Positions 21,001 through 26,970 of a stretch of 59,799 bases of DNA are shown here, piece by piece. The first letter of the stretch is position 1. Each line of letters starts with the position of its first letter. The stretch is from the IMG/VR virus record IMGVR_UViG_3300025687_000048, positions 1 to 59,799 of that record; one strand, given 5' to 3'. A program made the translations under genes and the position numbers. The stretch comes from a virus (taxonomy: Duplodnaviria; Caudoviricetes). The notes under the pieces were generated by a model, which saw only the letters and a list, made by a program, of their open reading frames with translations, ran no database searches and was not told the origin of the DNA.

Positions 21001-24000
21001 AGATCCTCGGGCGCACCATATCCATCATACTCATCCCACCAGTCGTCGGAACGCTCGGGGATCATCTCGCTCTTGTTCGCCTCGTAGAACGCACGGGCGA
21101 ACCCTCGAGGCGTGATGCTGCGAAGTTCCTTCGTCTTCTCGCTCTTGCCGCCGAGCTTCATGATCGGGCTCTCGCCCGGTTCGACCTCGTTGCGCGGCAG
21201 GTCCTTGTTGAAGCGGCCCCAGAGACCCGTCTTCTTCGAGTATTCGTTGCCGAACCAGAACGGTTGAACGTAGGTGGGGCCGTAGTCGGCCAGTTCCGGC
21301 ACCAGCTTGTTCAGGCGCCCGACCGGGTTCTCCAGTGCCCAGACGTCAGGCTTCAGGAAGCCGATGGCGCGGAGCGTCTGGTGGACAAGCTCCACTGCCT
21401 CCTGAGTCCTGCCATCCGCGTCCTTCGCCTTCCAGTACTGTGCCCCGCTCACCGTGAAGTGCGTGCAGGGACATGCCGCGAGAACGACGTCCACGTCGCC
21501 GCTGGGTGAGAAGTCCTCAAGGAACTCCATGAGCTTCGCGGCGGTGAAGTCGTTGATGTCGGTGACCCAGCTGACGTTGGGGCCTTCCTTCATATCGACC
21601 GTGAAGACGTTGTGCCCCGCCTCGGCGTAGGGGCTGGCCCACTCGCCGCTGTGGTCGAAGAGGGACAGGACCGTCAGCGTCTTGCCGGTGTGCGGCTCGA
21701 CGGGAGGCCAGCCGGCCTCATCCAGGCCCTGCTCATCCTGACTCTCGAGACGCTCTTTTCCTACACCTGTGATGTCGACATACTGGCCGATCTCAGAATC
21801 CTTGCCCTCTTGCTGGGCTTTCTGGCCAGCGCGTCTTTCTTGTTCGGCTTCCACTTCAGCAATGCGTTCCACTTCGCGCACCCGGGGCGCACCGGGCTCA
21901 TCCTCGACCCGATCCAACGCGATACGTACGGCCTCCAACTTATCGTCAGAGAGCTTGGTGACATCCGCGTCGAGCTTGTCGCCCCATGAGAGGGTGCCAG
22001 CCTGTCCCTGTGGAGTGTCGAAGAGATCCGGGTAGTCGCGCAGAATCCCCTGGAAGATCATCCGCCCATCCGCAAACTCCTGCCGTACCTGCTCTTCATG
22101 GTAGGCTTTTGCTTGGGCGTCGAGAGTCTCGAAGTCTCCAGACTCGCGCAGCGCCTCCAGAGGAGTCTCCGTCTCGAAGTCTCTTCCGGCCCTCACTTGC
22201 TCGACGAACTCGTCCCGGGAGACGGTCCATACGTCGTTTGCCATGCGAGCACCGACGCCGCCAGACTGTAGACCCGTCCTTCCCATATACTCCTCGAAGT
22301 CGGGATCTTTGATGCCCATTCGGGAGAGGAGATGCTCGTTCTCCTGCGTATTGGGAGCCGTCCACACTCCCTTCTTCTCGCTGTACTTCCACCCCTTCAG
22401 CTCGAGCAGGTTGCGGCTTGCAGCTGGAGTCTCTCCGGGAAACTTCACTTCCAGCTTTGTGCGGTTCTTGTTGGCGTGTCGGAACGTCCCCTCGGACTGG
22501 GGAATACCAACTTCCCGTCTCGGCGCACCGGGCTCGGCCAGGGACGACAGGTCGCCTTCCTCTGCATCGGCGTTCTCGCGGGCTACAACGGTCCCGGCGT
22601 CTGCCTCTGCGATGCTGGGGACCAGCTTCAGGTGCTGCCAGTCGTCGCCATCTGCTTCGAGGAGACCCTTGTTCTCCAGCGACTGGTCGAGCTTGAACCG
22701 CCGCGCCTCATCCTTGCTCTGTTCGTAATCGGCACCGGTCTCGAAGTTGTGCCCAGGCACAAACCCTGCGGTGTCCCCCGTGTTCTCATCCCACTCCCGG
22801 AGACGCTCGAACTCAGCCGGGGACAGGCTGTCGATCAGTTCCTTCGGCGTGCGGGAATCGAGCAGGTTCTCCTGCCGTTCCTTCGTCCACAGAGGGAAGG
22901 CGGAATCCGCGGAGTCGGCCCGCATCCGCATGGCCTCCAGCAGTTTCCGCTTCGTGCCGGCGCGGGCGTAGTGGAGTTTCTTGCCGACCTCATGGGCTTG
23001 GGATGCCAGTAGCGGCCCCCATTTCTCCTTGAACGCCTCGTCGCCGCCGAGGAAGATGCCGTCGACCCGATCGTCCAGTAGCAGTTCGTGCCACTTGGTG
23101 TCGTCTTGCAGGTCCATTCCGGGCTGGGCGGCGATGTAGAAGGGGACATCGAGGTCACCAACCCGCTCCAGTGCCTGCGTGGTGAACGCGAAGCTCTCCT
23201 CGCCCCCGTTCATCACGTCGGGGAGGACGACCATGAAGGGCTTGTTGTTGCGCTTCTCGCCCACCTTCACGCCACGTCGGACCCACTTCTCCCACTTGTC
23301 GAGGTCGATCTTCTTCCCTGGCTTGCCCGTCTTGGCCGACTCGGCGTCGAACGCGCCGTTGTCCATCGCCCACGGCTCATCGGCCTCCGGGGTGGGCGTG
23401 CGGCCCTCGTTGGGCGTCCACAGGCGCCCCCAGCCAGCGTCTCGCACGTTGTCGGGGCGCTTCCCGCCCTTCCCTCGCGTGTCGCCCGTGATGAACTGGG
23501 TGTGCGGCGTGGTGGTGCCCCCGGGACCGTCACTGTCGTCCGTGGACGTTCCAGTAGGTCCAGTCTGGTTCGTGCTGCCCGTCGAGATACCCCTACCCGT
23601 AGGGATATTCAGCAACTCCCACTGCTCCGAGTCGTCGTCCGCGAACCGCACCTTCATGCGGTCGGACTCGACCTCGATGACCTCCGCATCCCTGTCACCG
23701 ATGGTGAGAGCGTCACCGACGCTTATCTCGGCCCGCTCCCGGTCGTACAAGTCGACGGGGGTTCCGGTCTGTGTCTCCGGGGCAGTAGGCGTCGGGTCGG
23801 CCTTGGGCTGGGCGTCGATGTCGCGCCCGCTGAGTTTCGTCCACTCCTCCGACTGATCGTCGAGGAAGCGGACCAGCGTTTCGTCCTTGTAGTTGCGGAC
23901 GACCTCGGCCTCTCGCCCATCGAGGACCAGGGCGTCTCCCGTGCGCACCGCCTTCCCGGGCTTGCCGGCGTCGTCCTTCTTGCGGAGATCGACGTCCACC

Positions 24001-25730
24001 GTGGGTCGCCGCGGCTCCTCCCCGAACTGCTGCTTGACGAGGTAGTTGAACCGCTTGTTGTCCTCGTCCGTCCGGGCCTGCGACTCCTCCGTCTCCTCTT
24101 CGGTCTCCTGAAGGGGCGTGAAGTCTCCCGTGATCGGGTTGTGACGCATCCCCCGCTTGTTGAACAGTTCCTGTGCCGCGTCGAAGTAGTCGACGTTGCT
24201 CTCGTCGTAGAGACGGAGGACGTCGGCAATTTCCTCCTGCTGGTCGCGCTCCATGAGGGCGACCTCGTTGGGCGGCAGCACCTGGGCCAGTCGATCGAGG
24301 GTGGCCGTGCGCTCGGGCTCGCCTACCGGCGACGGAGACTCATCCTCCGCCTCCACCACTTGCTCTTCCACCACTTCCTCGACGGACTGCTGCTCATTCG
24401 AGACCTCCCGGGCTGCGGCTTGGACATCGGGATCGTTGAGGATGTCGTCGAGTTCGTCTCCATCGGTCGTGGTTCGACCACGACGACGGGACAGGGCCTG
24501 CTTGACGTGGTCGGGAAGCACCTGCTCGACCGCCTGCTGCTGCTCGGGGGACATCTCCTCCAGTTCCCCTTCGAGCGTGTCGAGTGCCTCCCTGACCTCC
24601 TTGCGGCCCTCGCGCAGTTCCACGGCTCGCTGGTCGCGGGCGCGGCGGGTGCCGACCTCTGTCGCTGTGCGGACAGCCCTCCCGGGCATCATCAGCACCG
24701 CCAGGGCCGGTCCCGCCTCCTCGGCTACCTTCAGCAGCGAGAACTCTCTCTCGCCTGTCTCCGGGTCCACAGGGAAGAGCGCGTCCTTCAGAGACCCCTC
24801 GACGGCGGTCCCCTCGAACTCGTTGGAGTAGATGCGGGCGGATTCCTTGGCGGCGATCTGGACCGCCTCCTGCATCATCTCCTCGGTGGTCTCCTTGGCC
24901 ACGTCCGTCACCATGCCCACCCCAGCCCGGGCCAGCACGCGAGGCACGGTGCGTGCCACCTTCTGGGCGGCTTCGCGCATGATCTTGTCGCCCAGTGGGC
25001 CAAGGATGCGACGAACCTGCATGAACTCGAGGGCAGCGTAGGGAACAGCGGCTCCCTGGGCGACGATCGACGCGACGGTGGGATCGACTCCCTGCCGGAT
25101 CATGTCGCGGCCCATCGACCCGGCGCCCTGCCGGTACCACATCTGGGCCGAGCCAAGCATGTTGGCTACAGGGAAGGTGATGAGTTCGTCCGGGCCAGGG
25201 ATGGCGAGACTCACCGCACCCACCGCGGCGCCCGTGGCAAGGCCCTGTGCCGTGCCCTGTGCCATCGGGCCGGCCATCTCCGCCGCGGCGAGAGCAGCTT
25301 CTGTGAGCGGATCGTCTCCCTCGGCGGGATTCAGGCGGCGTTCCTGCTCCAAGGCCACCTGTTCCGAGATGAGCTCCTGCATCTTCCGGGGCTTGTCGTC
25401 GTCCCCAAACATGCCGGCGACCTTGGACGTGACGTCGTCCCACCCTACGAGAGCGTCGTAGGACCGGAGGTCGAGGTCGAGAGACCGCATCCCGCGTTCG
25501 GTGCGCGTGCGCACCTTGGCGGGGTCGGGGGCAGGACGGGCCGGCTGGGGCTGTGGGGCGAATGTCGACTCAGCCTGGGCGGCTTGGGTCGGGATGGCAC
25601 TGGGAGCCGGGTCGACGGGGTCGAAGGAGTCGATTTCCGCCAGCAGGCCAGCGTAGGGATCGTTCTCCTCCTCCTCGTCAGCGTCCGGTAACGACTGGAT
25701 GCTGGCGAGGAGGCGGTTGTATTCCGTCAC
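9057..25730 (-). CDS. Giant polyvalent (DarB-like) injected virion protein, 5557 aa
   Basis: TGT-like domain, C5-MTase (PC, ENP), Strawberry-notch-type SF2 helicase (DGTGVGKT, DEAH), HExxH zincin, ART-like domains, C-terminal LPD38-like region (LTVNFNKKG). Confidence 0.88.
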   Translation of the reverse strand: MTEYNRLLASIQSLPDADEEEENDPYAGLLAEIDSFDPVDPAPSAIPTQAAQAESTFAPQPQPARPAPDPAKVRTRTERGMRSLDLDLRSYDALVGWDDVTSKVAGMFGDDDKPRKMQELISEQVALEQERRLNPAEGDDPLTEAALAAAEMAGPMAQGTAQGLATGAAVGAVSLAIPGPDELITFPVANMLGSAQMWYRQGAGSMGRDMIRQGVDPTVASIVAQGAAVPYAALEFMQVRRILGPLGDKIMREAAQKVARTVPRVLARAGVGMVTDVAKETTEEMMQEAVQIAAKESARIYSNEFEGTAVEGSLKDALFPVDPETGEREFSLLKVAEEAGPALAVLMMPGRAVRTATEVGTRRARDQRAVELREGRKEVREALDTLEGELEEMSPEQQQAVEQVLPDHVKQALSRRRGRTTTDGDELDDILNDPDVQAAAREVSNEQQSVEEVVEEQVVEAEDESPSPVGEPERTATLDRLAQVLPPNEVALMERDQQEEIADVLRLYDESNVDYFDAAQELFNKRGMRHNPITGDFTPLQETEEETEESQARTDEDNKRFNYLVKQQFGEEPRRPTVDVDLRKKDDAGKPGKAVRTGDALVLDGREAEVVRNYKDETLVRFLDDQSEEWTKLSGRDIDAQPKADPTPTAPETQTGTPVDLYDRERAEISVGDALTIGDRDAEVIEVESDRMKVRFADDDSEQWELLNIPTGRGISTGSTNQTGPTGTSTDDSDGPGGTTTPHTQFITGDTRGKGGKRPDNVRDAGWGRLWTPNEGRTPTPEADEPWAMDNGAFDAESAKTGKPGKKIDLDKWEKWVRRGVKVGEKRNNKPFMVVLPDVMNGGEESFAFTTQALERVGDLDVPFYIAAQPGMDLQDDTKWHELLLDDRVDGIFLGGDEAFKEKWGPLLASQAHEVGKKLHYARAGTKRKLLEAMRMRADSADSAFPLWTKERQENLLDSRTPKELIDSLSPAEFERLREWDENTGDTAGFVPGHNFETGADYEQSKDEARRFKLDQSLENKGLLEADGDDWQHLKLVPSIAEADAGTVVARENADAEEGDLSSLAEPGAPRREVGIPQSEGTFRHANKNRTKLEVKFPGETPAASRNLLELKGWKYSEKKGVWTAPNTQENEHLLSRMGIKDPDFEEYMGRTGLQSGGVGARMANDVWTVSRDEFVEQVRAGRDFETETPLEALRESGDFETLDAQAKAYHEEQVRQEFADGRMIFQGILRDYPDLFDTPQGQAGTLSWGDKLDADVTKLSDDKLEAVRIALDRVEDEPGAPRVREVERIAEVEAEQERRAGQKAQQEGKDSEIGQYVDITGVGKERLESQDEQGLDEAGWPPVEPHTGKTLTVLSLFDHSGEWASPYAEAGHNVFTVDMKEGPNVSWVTDINDFTAAKLMEFLEDFSPSGDVDVVLAACPCTHFTVSGAQYWKAKDADGRTQEAVELVHQTLRAIGFLKPDVWALENPVGRLNKLVPELADYGPTYVQPFWFGNEYSKKTGLWGRFNKDLPRNEVEPGESPIMKLGGKSEKTKELRSITPRGFARAFYEANKSEMIPERSDDWWDEYDGYGAPEDLNDERVGWRLGPPDADWGTPEPYALPKAEPEPAPPPPKQEATPAAAPVPASTSSQELVDAKDGLRYYVGIGETGAMFTLRAKGIEPGNRSDIFVKNLGNTAEAAREAINRWEQESGVRVSGATDDDLRTIGRISTEVFPIGKHAGKTIAQVLEEFPDYAQWAAGNLSPSRKISHDFIAALRAAVDAKFPPPDVAVVEATDEDREILHNADLTVSQDDDAWVVDGKTFPHRRTLGEVAGELQGSFDRRSKTWRYRYDPTAAIAEQLKESGLAATAPGQFESRGDERPEPVRSDAEPEGRIRVGRWEFTADADVSGIPAGLRESLTDHQQQGVAKAVAAMDSDPGGFLLADGTGVGKTRQILAVSRIYADRGQPVLIVAPNEVLGKPFSNKGKITGSYAKDAEAMGLDIELVKDKTAFEPGKVYVTTYTRMGRLAASVDENTVLVWDEAHGLKNLLSGTSRAEVGNRMSEKARSVLYATATPADKPVHLPYMARVGVLEGKDMEDQMEFLGLEKRNINGREFWAVKDEVGETLALTRMGWLFDRMTAQGRMVKREISFQGVDVQMETVDLPPQWKDVEASIYTGFGHPDSLQGLQKARVLMHLRRQQEPYKIQRIADSVEEELAAGRRPIIFVSRVNYSEAGQDIKVQNAISGEWEVVGREVYAESEGTAKALREELANRGITDLAELHGGAETKAADAMEKFQSGKARVVLATIESGGTGINLDDTVGDAPRTMIVATAPFDAVGNVQAAGRGWRLTTKSDFKIRYLFANTEVDQWNRDIIAAKMRHLGATVRGQVERLNVTNEQGEEVELDVAPETDVDVVQAPKRKTNPNKGQIPISLTVGSIVGKRAGTLPAWEVQRVLDATGTLEKGAMQRLLRASSISDRDQRQILKGTKRVQDAIVPGAPGTDVETIIDNAMQTPEYAEVLRAAGVEDFQSFADVVRKDGLSQRYPTRPSDSPAMAEQEQMASQYDPDRIVQDISETKDIDSLKAMERWIWENSERFGDRLNQILDTVKRRGDFFGDITPFQRKSDADASELPQRVPGNDVRGTSAADARHMEEQAVARLESAVREANQRDGFPDFPSGSLQRVDQPGHRSAEAAAKIAKVFGKNLVWIKATNPSAGSFNGVTFEGSVFLNVDTDNHHVAVVGHELTHLLADDQPDLFDKLVTTLKEDGATRRWLRHKGGRQFGDNTSLAVEELAADVVGARMTEREFWVNLQEQAPDVVRQVYNYLKQLLTKIRLAFNQSYNQDAYLKDVEAVRNSVAQVMGEWAHREYVAGLSKDDPRYQLMVKHASPHKFSNFALSQVGTGEGAQAFGWGGYFTDTDGVFHSYLEQFKRRNHEQPGIKAHGGIIRFPTPGHTTWWSGVGAQDTVSDLDALLDYARNAFHPDGGRSMFDYMMGHLAEVIPARLSHAADGAAKDDMQRLADFWEETLKDADLEDFVIPEKPGAYGYKVALHKGKDPSEYDYVDWYEELTNEQADKILRQGGEEGLFLDEEEIRQGSFSFIYRNVLEVNLQYHAAEKLDPPPGWKVEFKTAGEMKDEARSGFEIDKVPDKELWRVRHPSIIKYMGGGVLYDSKQEALDAIEGTLDAGFYTDTWYATPPLETADVEEGYTRGEVITGAWDTYDNEEAPEIYLYEANGEPIPLDHSYADEQAKEMLPEVKEELRDEFIGEDGEVDEDALEERAEEVAQSRAYDDAIENQEYEWTAFNEMTEEEYRIVGNQFQGYRVSTNGEVIADYVDNWDDARLAALEHNEKMWEEDRAFSPIKPIRSDRAASLFLLRAGIDGIRYPTSSLSAAGPGDGHNYVVFDENAISIEEVARFQKKRGAEGGPPLIAVHGTTAEGIRNQVELGGLPVPSLAITTPDKVKDALRYGDITLIGTKDLVDPEISTNKTYPADAYTRRQPRREYHLQDDEMEKLASRMAKTGLWRADWDAHNDLEQMNLDRGLENAIYEATEGYGDSHRRLRLWFLKEQGVEIETPTKPRKPRSRIPGVSPKSKVIRDFIAAKGRKIPSGIEFGGDDHRELSEVALALLDESLTGEVSELRADFREDLFSADTDLLGFNAVDKFAEDLRAIASREREPNNDLFDKRIDRAVKKAGGNEAVEKWVRETFGVVQGGEFFTTDAGRKQPYRLQEILAEMTRRGTSGQEGGLVYGLGQSRAAAAKPFTSVEQMRSEAGGIVTKDEVDAATKELQESEFFPLVDRLREHYEWADPGAMSFDRFDDASKAMGDYLKNGPKGVRGAMRALSKNGYRGVPERLVSDFLEVAEKLERTPTAYFEAKPQRAVDLSEWAGAVVPRGTDEDVLDILKQNGVKRILTYKPGDQDDRAKKVQKFRAPRFQRKATWTGEKAVRPSSDLTMDQWLAEIETQDARRQQAIRDVIGPNGGAVEIGKNRYVISKNPMPNRTEKPWRVTQFFNRPDVGWEPWGHRDVKELDQPEVKNRLYPEGAIQEIVSQSSPEDAIKPVRFQRKKRYNPAFDPDQTGFSFGDQRQLPTGARASDGKGLEGTGLFEAAGASARAKAQNDLFAPAEAAGAPPSREEQAKKEWQEKGTDSRWFRRWAGKDATIYTRDDVAQGKAAFETGKPVAVEAFHGTSERKPIDAFSAEKLGESTGTASAKKGHFFTSVPDVAENFGRLSKTKAWGRNEADSDERGVSILPVYLAFRNPLVLDGEGYEFSMIDAVTQAESGGHDGLIVENTYDSPSPPKMTLDGKDLPIDHRSEMFLDIEEFQKNPSGRENPLKMLTDVVNGYQEEVDYYRREIRTWESLSEEEQNALPAHRQFEYLEDLLRDAEIEVDTWTEIRDAYADDPNRVRVERQGRSTVYVAFNPTQIKSATGNRGTFDAENPDIRFQRKGLHPLEQRMLEVAGGEYDGSSDAGFILADGTVTARPEDHHTMAAAAMDGRGGEDALTPFMEETGAMRVVQSLGDALEVQAEGTPTPAQIRSIATVARDYRSMGINLEYGGGYHRFNSIGELQRFFRDQTPRFQRGDDVLRELADRLSNQPGAAKISGAQLREKLGEAKVEEIISRMENSSQFREAVPPGHIAEEEDGDVVIHRPLEIPPEKTSQLIRRYVQDKLNRLEQVEDIIGDVEEDAKTYREATLFIGRASEQIEQFDKWLEEDFLKRAVEADLSIDDMGWLLYAGHAKERNAHIATKNPDFEDGGSGMTDEEADEILARYGDNLAAQSLADEFLDRVTRETLRLRFEAGFLTQEAYDGLRGQFERYVPLKGKAGTENHPVTGKGFSVPSRGIRSAYGRRSVADNPFTQAIADHTEAIIAAEKNKVGQHFLNLVELHPSESWEAQVQTFLPRYDQDGNLLFMDPKVRDADNVLSTWVDGKKHVITIHDPALASGMKNLGMERGIKWLNGVNSFLRGMATIWNPEFILTNLERDLQTAGIHLAGERSGAIAAKVVGRVLKGGAYKGIWRNIRDGRSNEWSEWYQEFKDMGGKTGWYDVASLDEKAEDLQKRMGRMAKPNLLNAGRAVVDYIADVNEMVESGIRLATYRTLVEEGVSKKDAAAAAKELTVNFNKKGELGQLLNSLWLFSNAGIQGSFRIFHALLKYPKVRGIAAGLVGLSFLQSIANRLIDPEDWDDTDDWTKDNYFLVPTGEGKFVSWKLPWGYNVFHVLGNVLADSVIGDLAGGAVDRQWTPQNVTLPELAGRVLSSFDDAFNPLGGGSFNQFLAPSAVDPFVQWWENKDFAGRPLRKEVVYGNDKSNQQLAFSSVREPSKEFTRWLYRMTGGEVGETWDGKEVYINAPYTVDINPEMVDHFLDQFGSGLGKFIGNSIATGRTLSKGDVPEINSVPMLRQMLKAPREWTPAKTAREIVKRSGNTLIGDDQLTRFNAALGRAVARGAMDEEEATKLRSQIENAQGKLRAAIAPDGFDPEMSMEDRRLLLARFRGQAQGYRRMGHTEKADELDAKANALLEEFGGMRGLLQSLPAKDRKLVTSGTSRWRSKTIKELRKRLDAADSPYQRLVKVSSM

Positions 25731-26965
25731 TGGATGCGGCTCCTCACGAAGGCTTCGGCTTCCTTGCGGGTGAAGGCAGCGTTGGTCTCGGGGTTCTTCT
25801 TCTTCATCAGCGACAGGATCGCCCGCTCGATGGGACTGACGTTCTCGGGGATCGTGTCGGAGACGTTGGAATCACCGATGTCTACATAGTGTGTATCGGG
25901 CCTGCGTGTCTCTGGCAAGGCCAAAGAGTCGGGGAGGTTCCGCTGCGGCAGGGCGTTGGGGTTCTCGTCAGCCACCGCGGCCCCGGTCCCCGGAGGCGTG
26001 CCAGTCGCACCGCTCTGCTGCTGTTGACGGGCCAGGAACTGCTGCTGTTCCGGGGATAGGTTGCCGCCCGCAGCTGCGAGCATCGACGTCGTCTGCTGGG
26101 CGTTCTGCTGGGCGCCCTGCACGAAGTCGTCAGCGAAGGACTGTGGCGGCTCGTAGGGATCGCGGTAGTCCTTCAGGAGATCGCCCTTCTCCTCGGGCTG
26201 GAACCCTCCGTTGATGAGGGCGATGTTGCGCTGCTGGTGATCGTCCTCTCGGGACTGGAGGGTGCGGGAGAAGTAGCCGAACACCGGACCTGTCGTGATC
26301 TTGTTGTCCGCAGCGAACTCGACAAGCTCGCGCCAAGGTGTCCCGCCGCGCACCATTTCGATGAAGCGACTCTCCGCCTGTTCCCTGGCTTCGGTCTCCT
26401 GTCTCTCAGACTTGGTCGATTTGGCGATGCTCAGGTGCTGCTCGGCCCGTTCCACCAGCAGCTGGCGGTTCTCGTCTCCCTCCGGGAACATCTCCTCGAC
26501 GGATCTCTGGAAGGCGCTCAGTTCCGCCGCCTTCGCCTCCGGGTCGTCGATGTCGAGGATGTTGGTCAGCTTCGCATCGAACCCCTCGCGGAGCTTGCGC
26601 GAGAACTCGGTCTGGTACCGCTGCTCTCGCGTGTTGGCCGTCTCGGTGTAGGAGCCTCCGGGCAGGTTGTTCTCCGCCCGGTAGGCGTCGATGCCCTCAC
26701 CAGCGGCCCGGGCGCCCTCGAAGTCTCCGGCGTCGACGAGGTCGTTGAAGCGGTCGATCTCCCCTTGGAAGTTCGTGCGGTCCAGTTCCTGCCGATGGCG
26801 TGTGTCCCGATCGGCCATCCGCATCTGTTCCTGGTAGCGCATCTTGCCGAAATCCTCGGCAAATGCCTGCCGCTTCTCGTCCTTCTTTCGACGTCGATCG
26901 AGGTTGCGATCGACCCCCGCGAGGAGACCCGTCGCCGCGGCCATCGCCAGCATGTTGCGTCCCAT
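25727..26965 (-). CDS. Putative internal virion/ejection protein (412 aa)
   Basis: Helical and Q/E-rich; lies between the other ejection-type genes. Confidence 0.6.
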   Translation of the reverse strand: MGRNMLAMAAATGLLAGVDRNLDRRRKKDEKRQAFAEDFGKMRYQEQMRMADRDTRHRQELDRTNFQGEIDRFNDLVDAGDFEGARAAGEGIDAYRAENNLPGGSYTETANTREQRYQTEFSRKLREGFDAKLTNILDIDDPEAKAAELSAFQRSVEEMFPEGDENRQLLVERAEQHLSIAKSTKSERQETEAREQAESRFIEMVRGGTPWRELVEFAADNKITTGPVFGYFSRTLQSREDDHQQRNIALINGGFQPEEKGDLLKDYRDPYEPPQSFADDFVQGAQQNAQQTTSMLAAAGGNLSPEQQQFLARQQQQSGATGTPPGTGAAVADENPNALPQRNLPDSLALPETRRPDTHYVDIGDSNVSDTIPENVSPIERAILSLMKKKNPETNAAFTRKEAEAFVRSRIQ

Positions 26966-26970
26966 CCGTC

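Noticed and set aside
17886-25691. Long + strand ORFs (748 aa, 867 aa; also 38515-40743 and 29998-31437)
   Set aside because: Antisense shadows of high-GC genes; no recognisable motifs.
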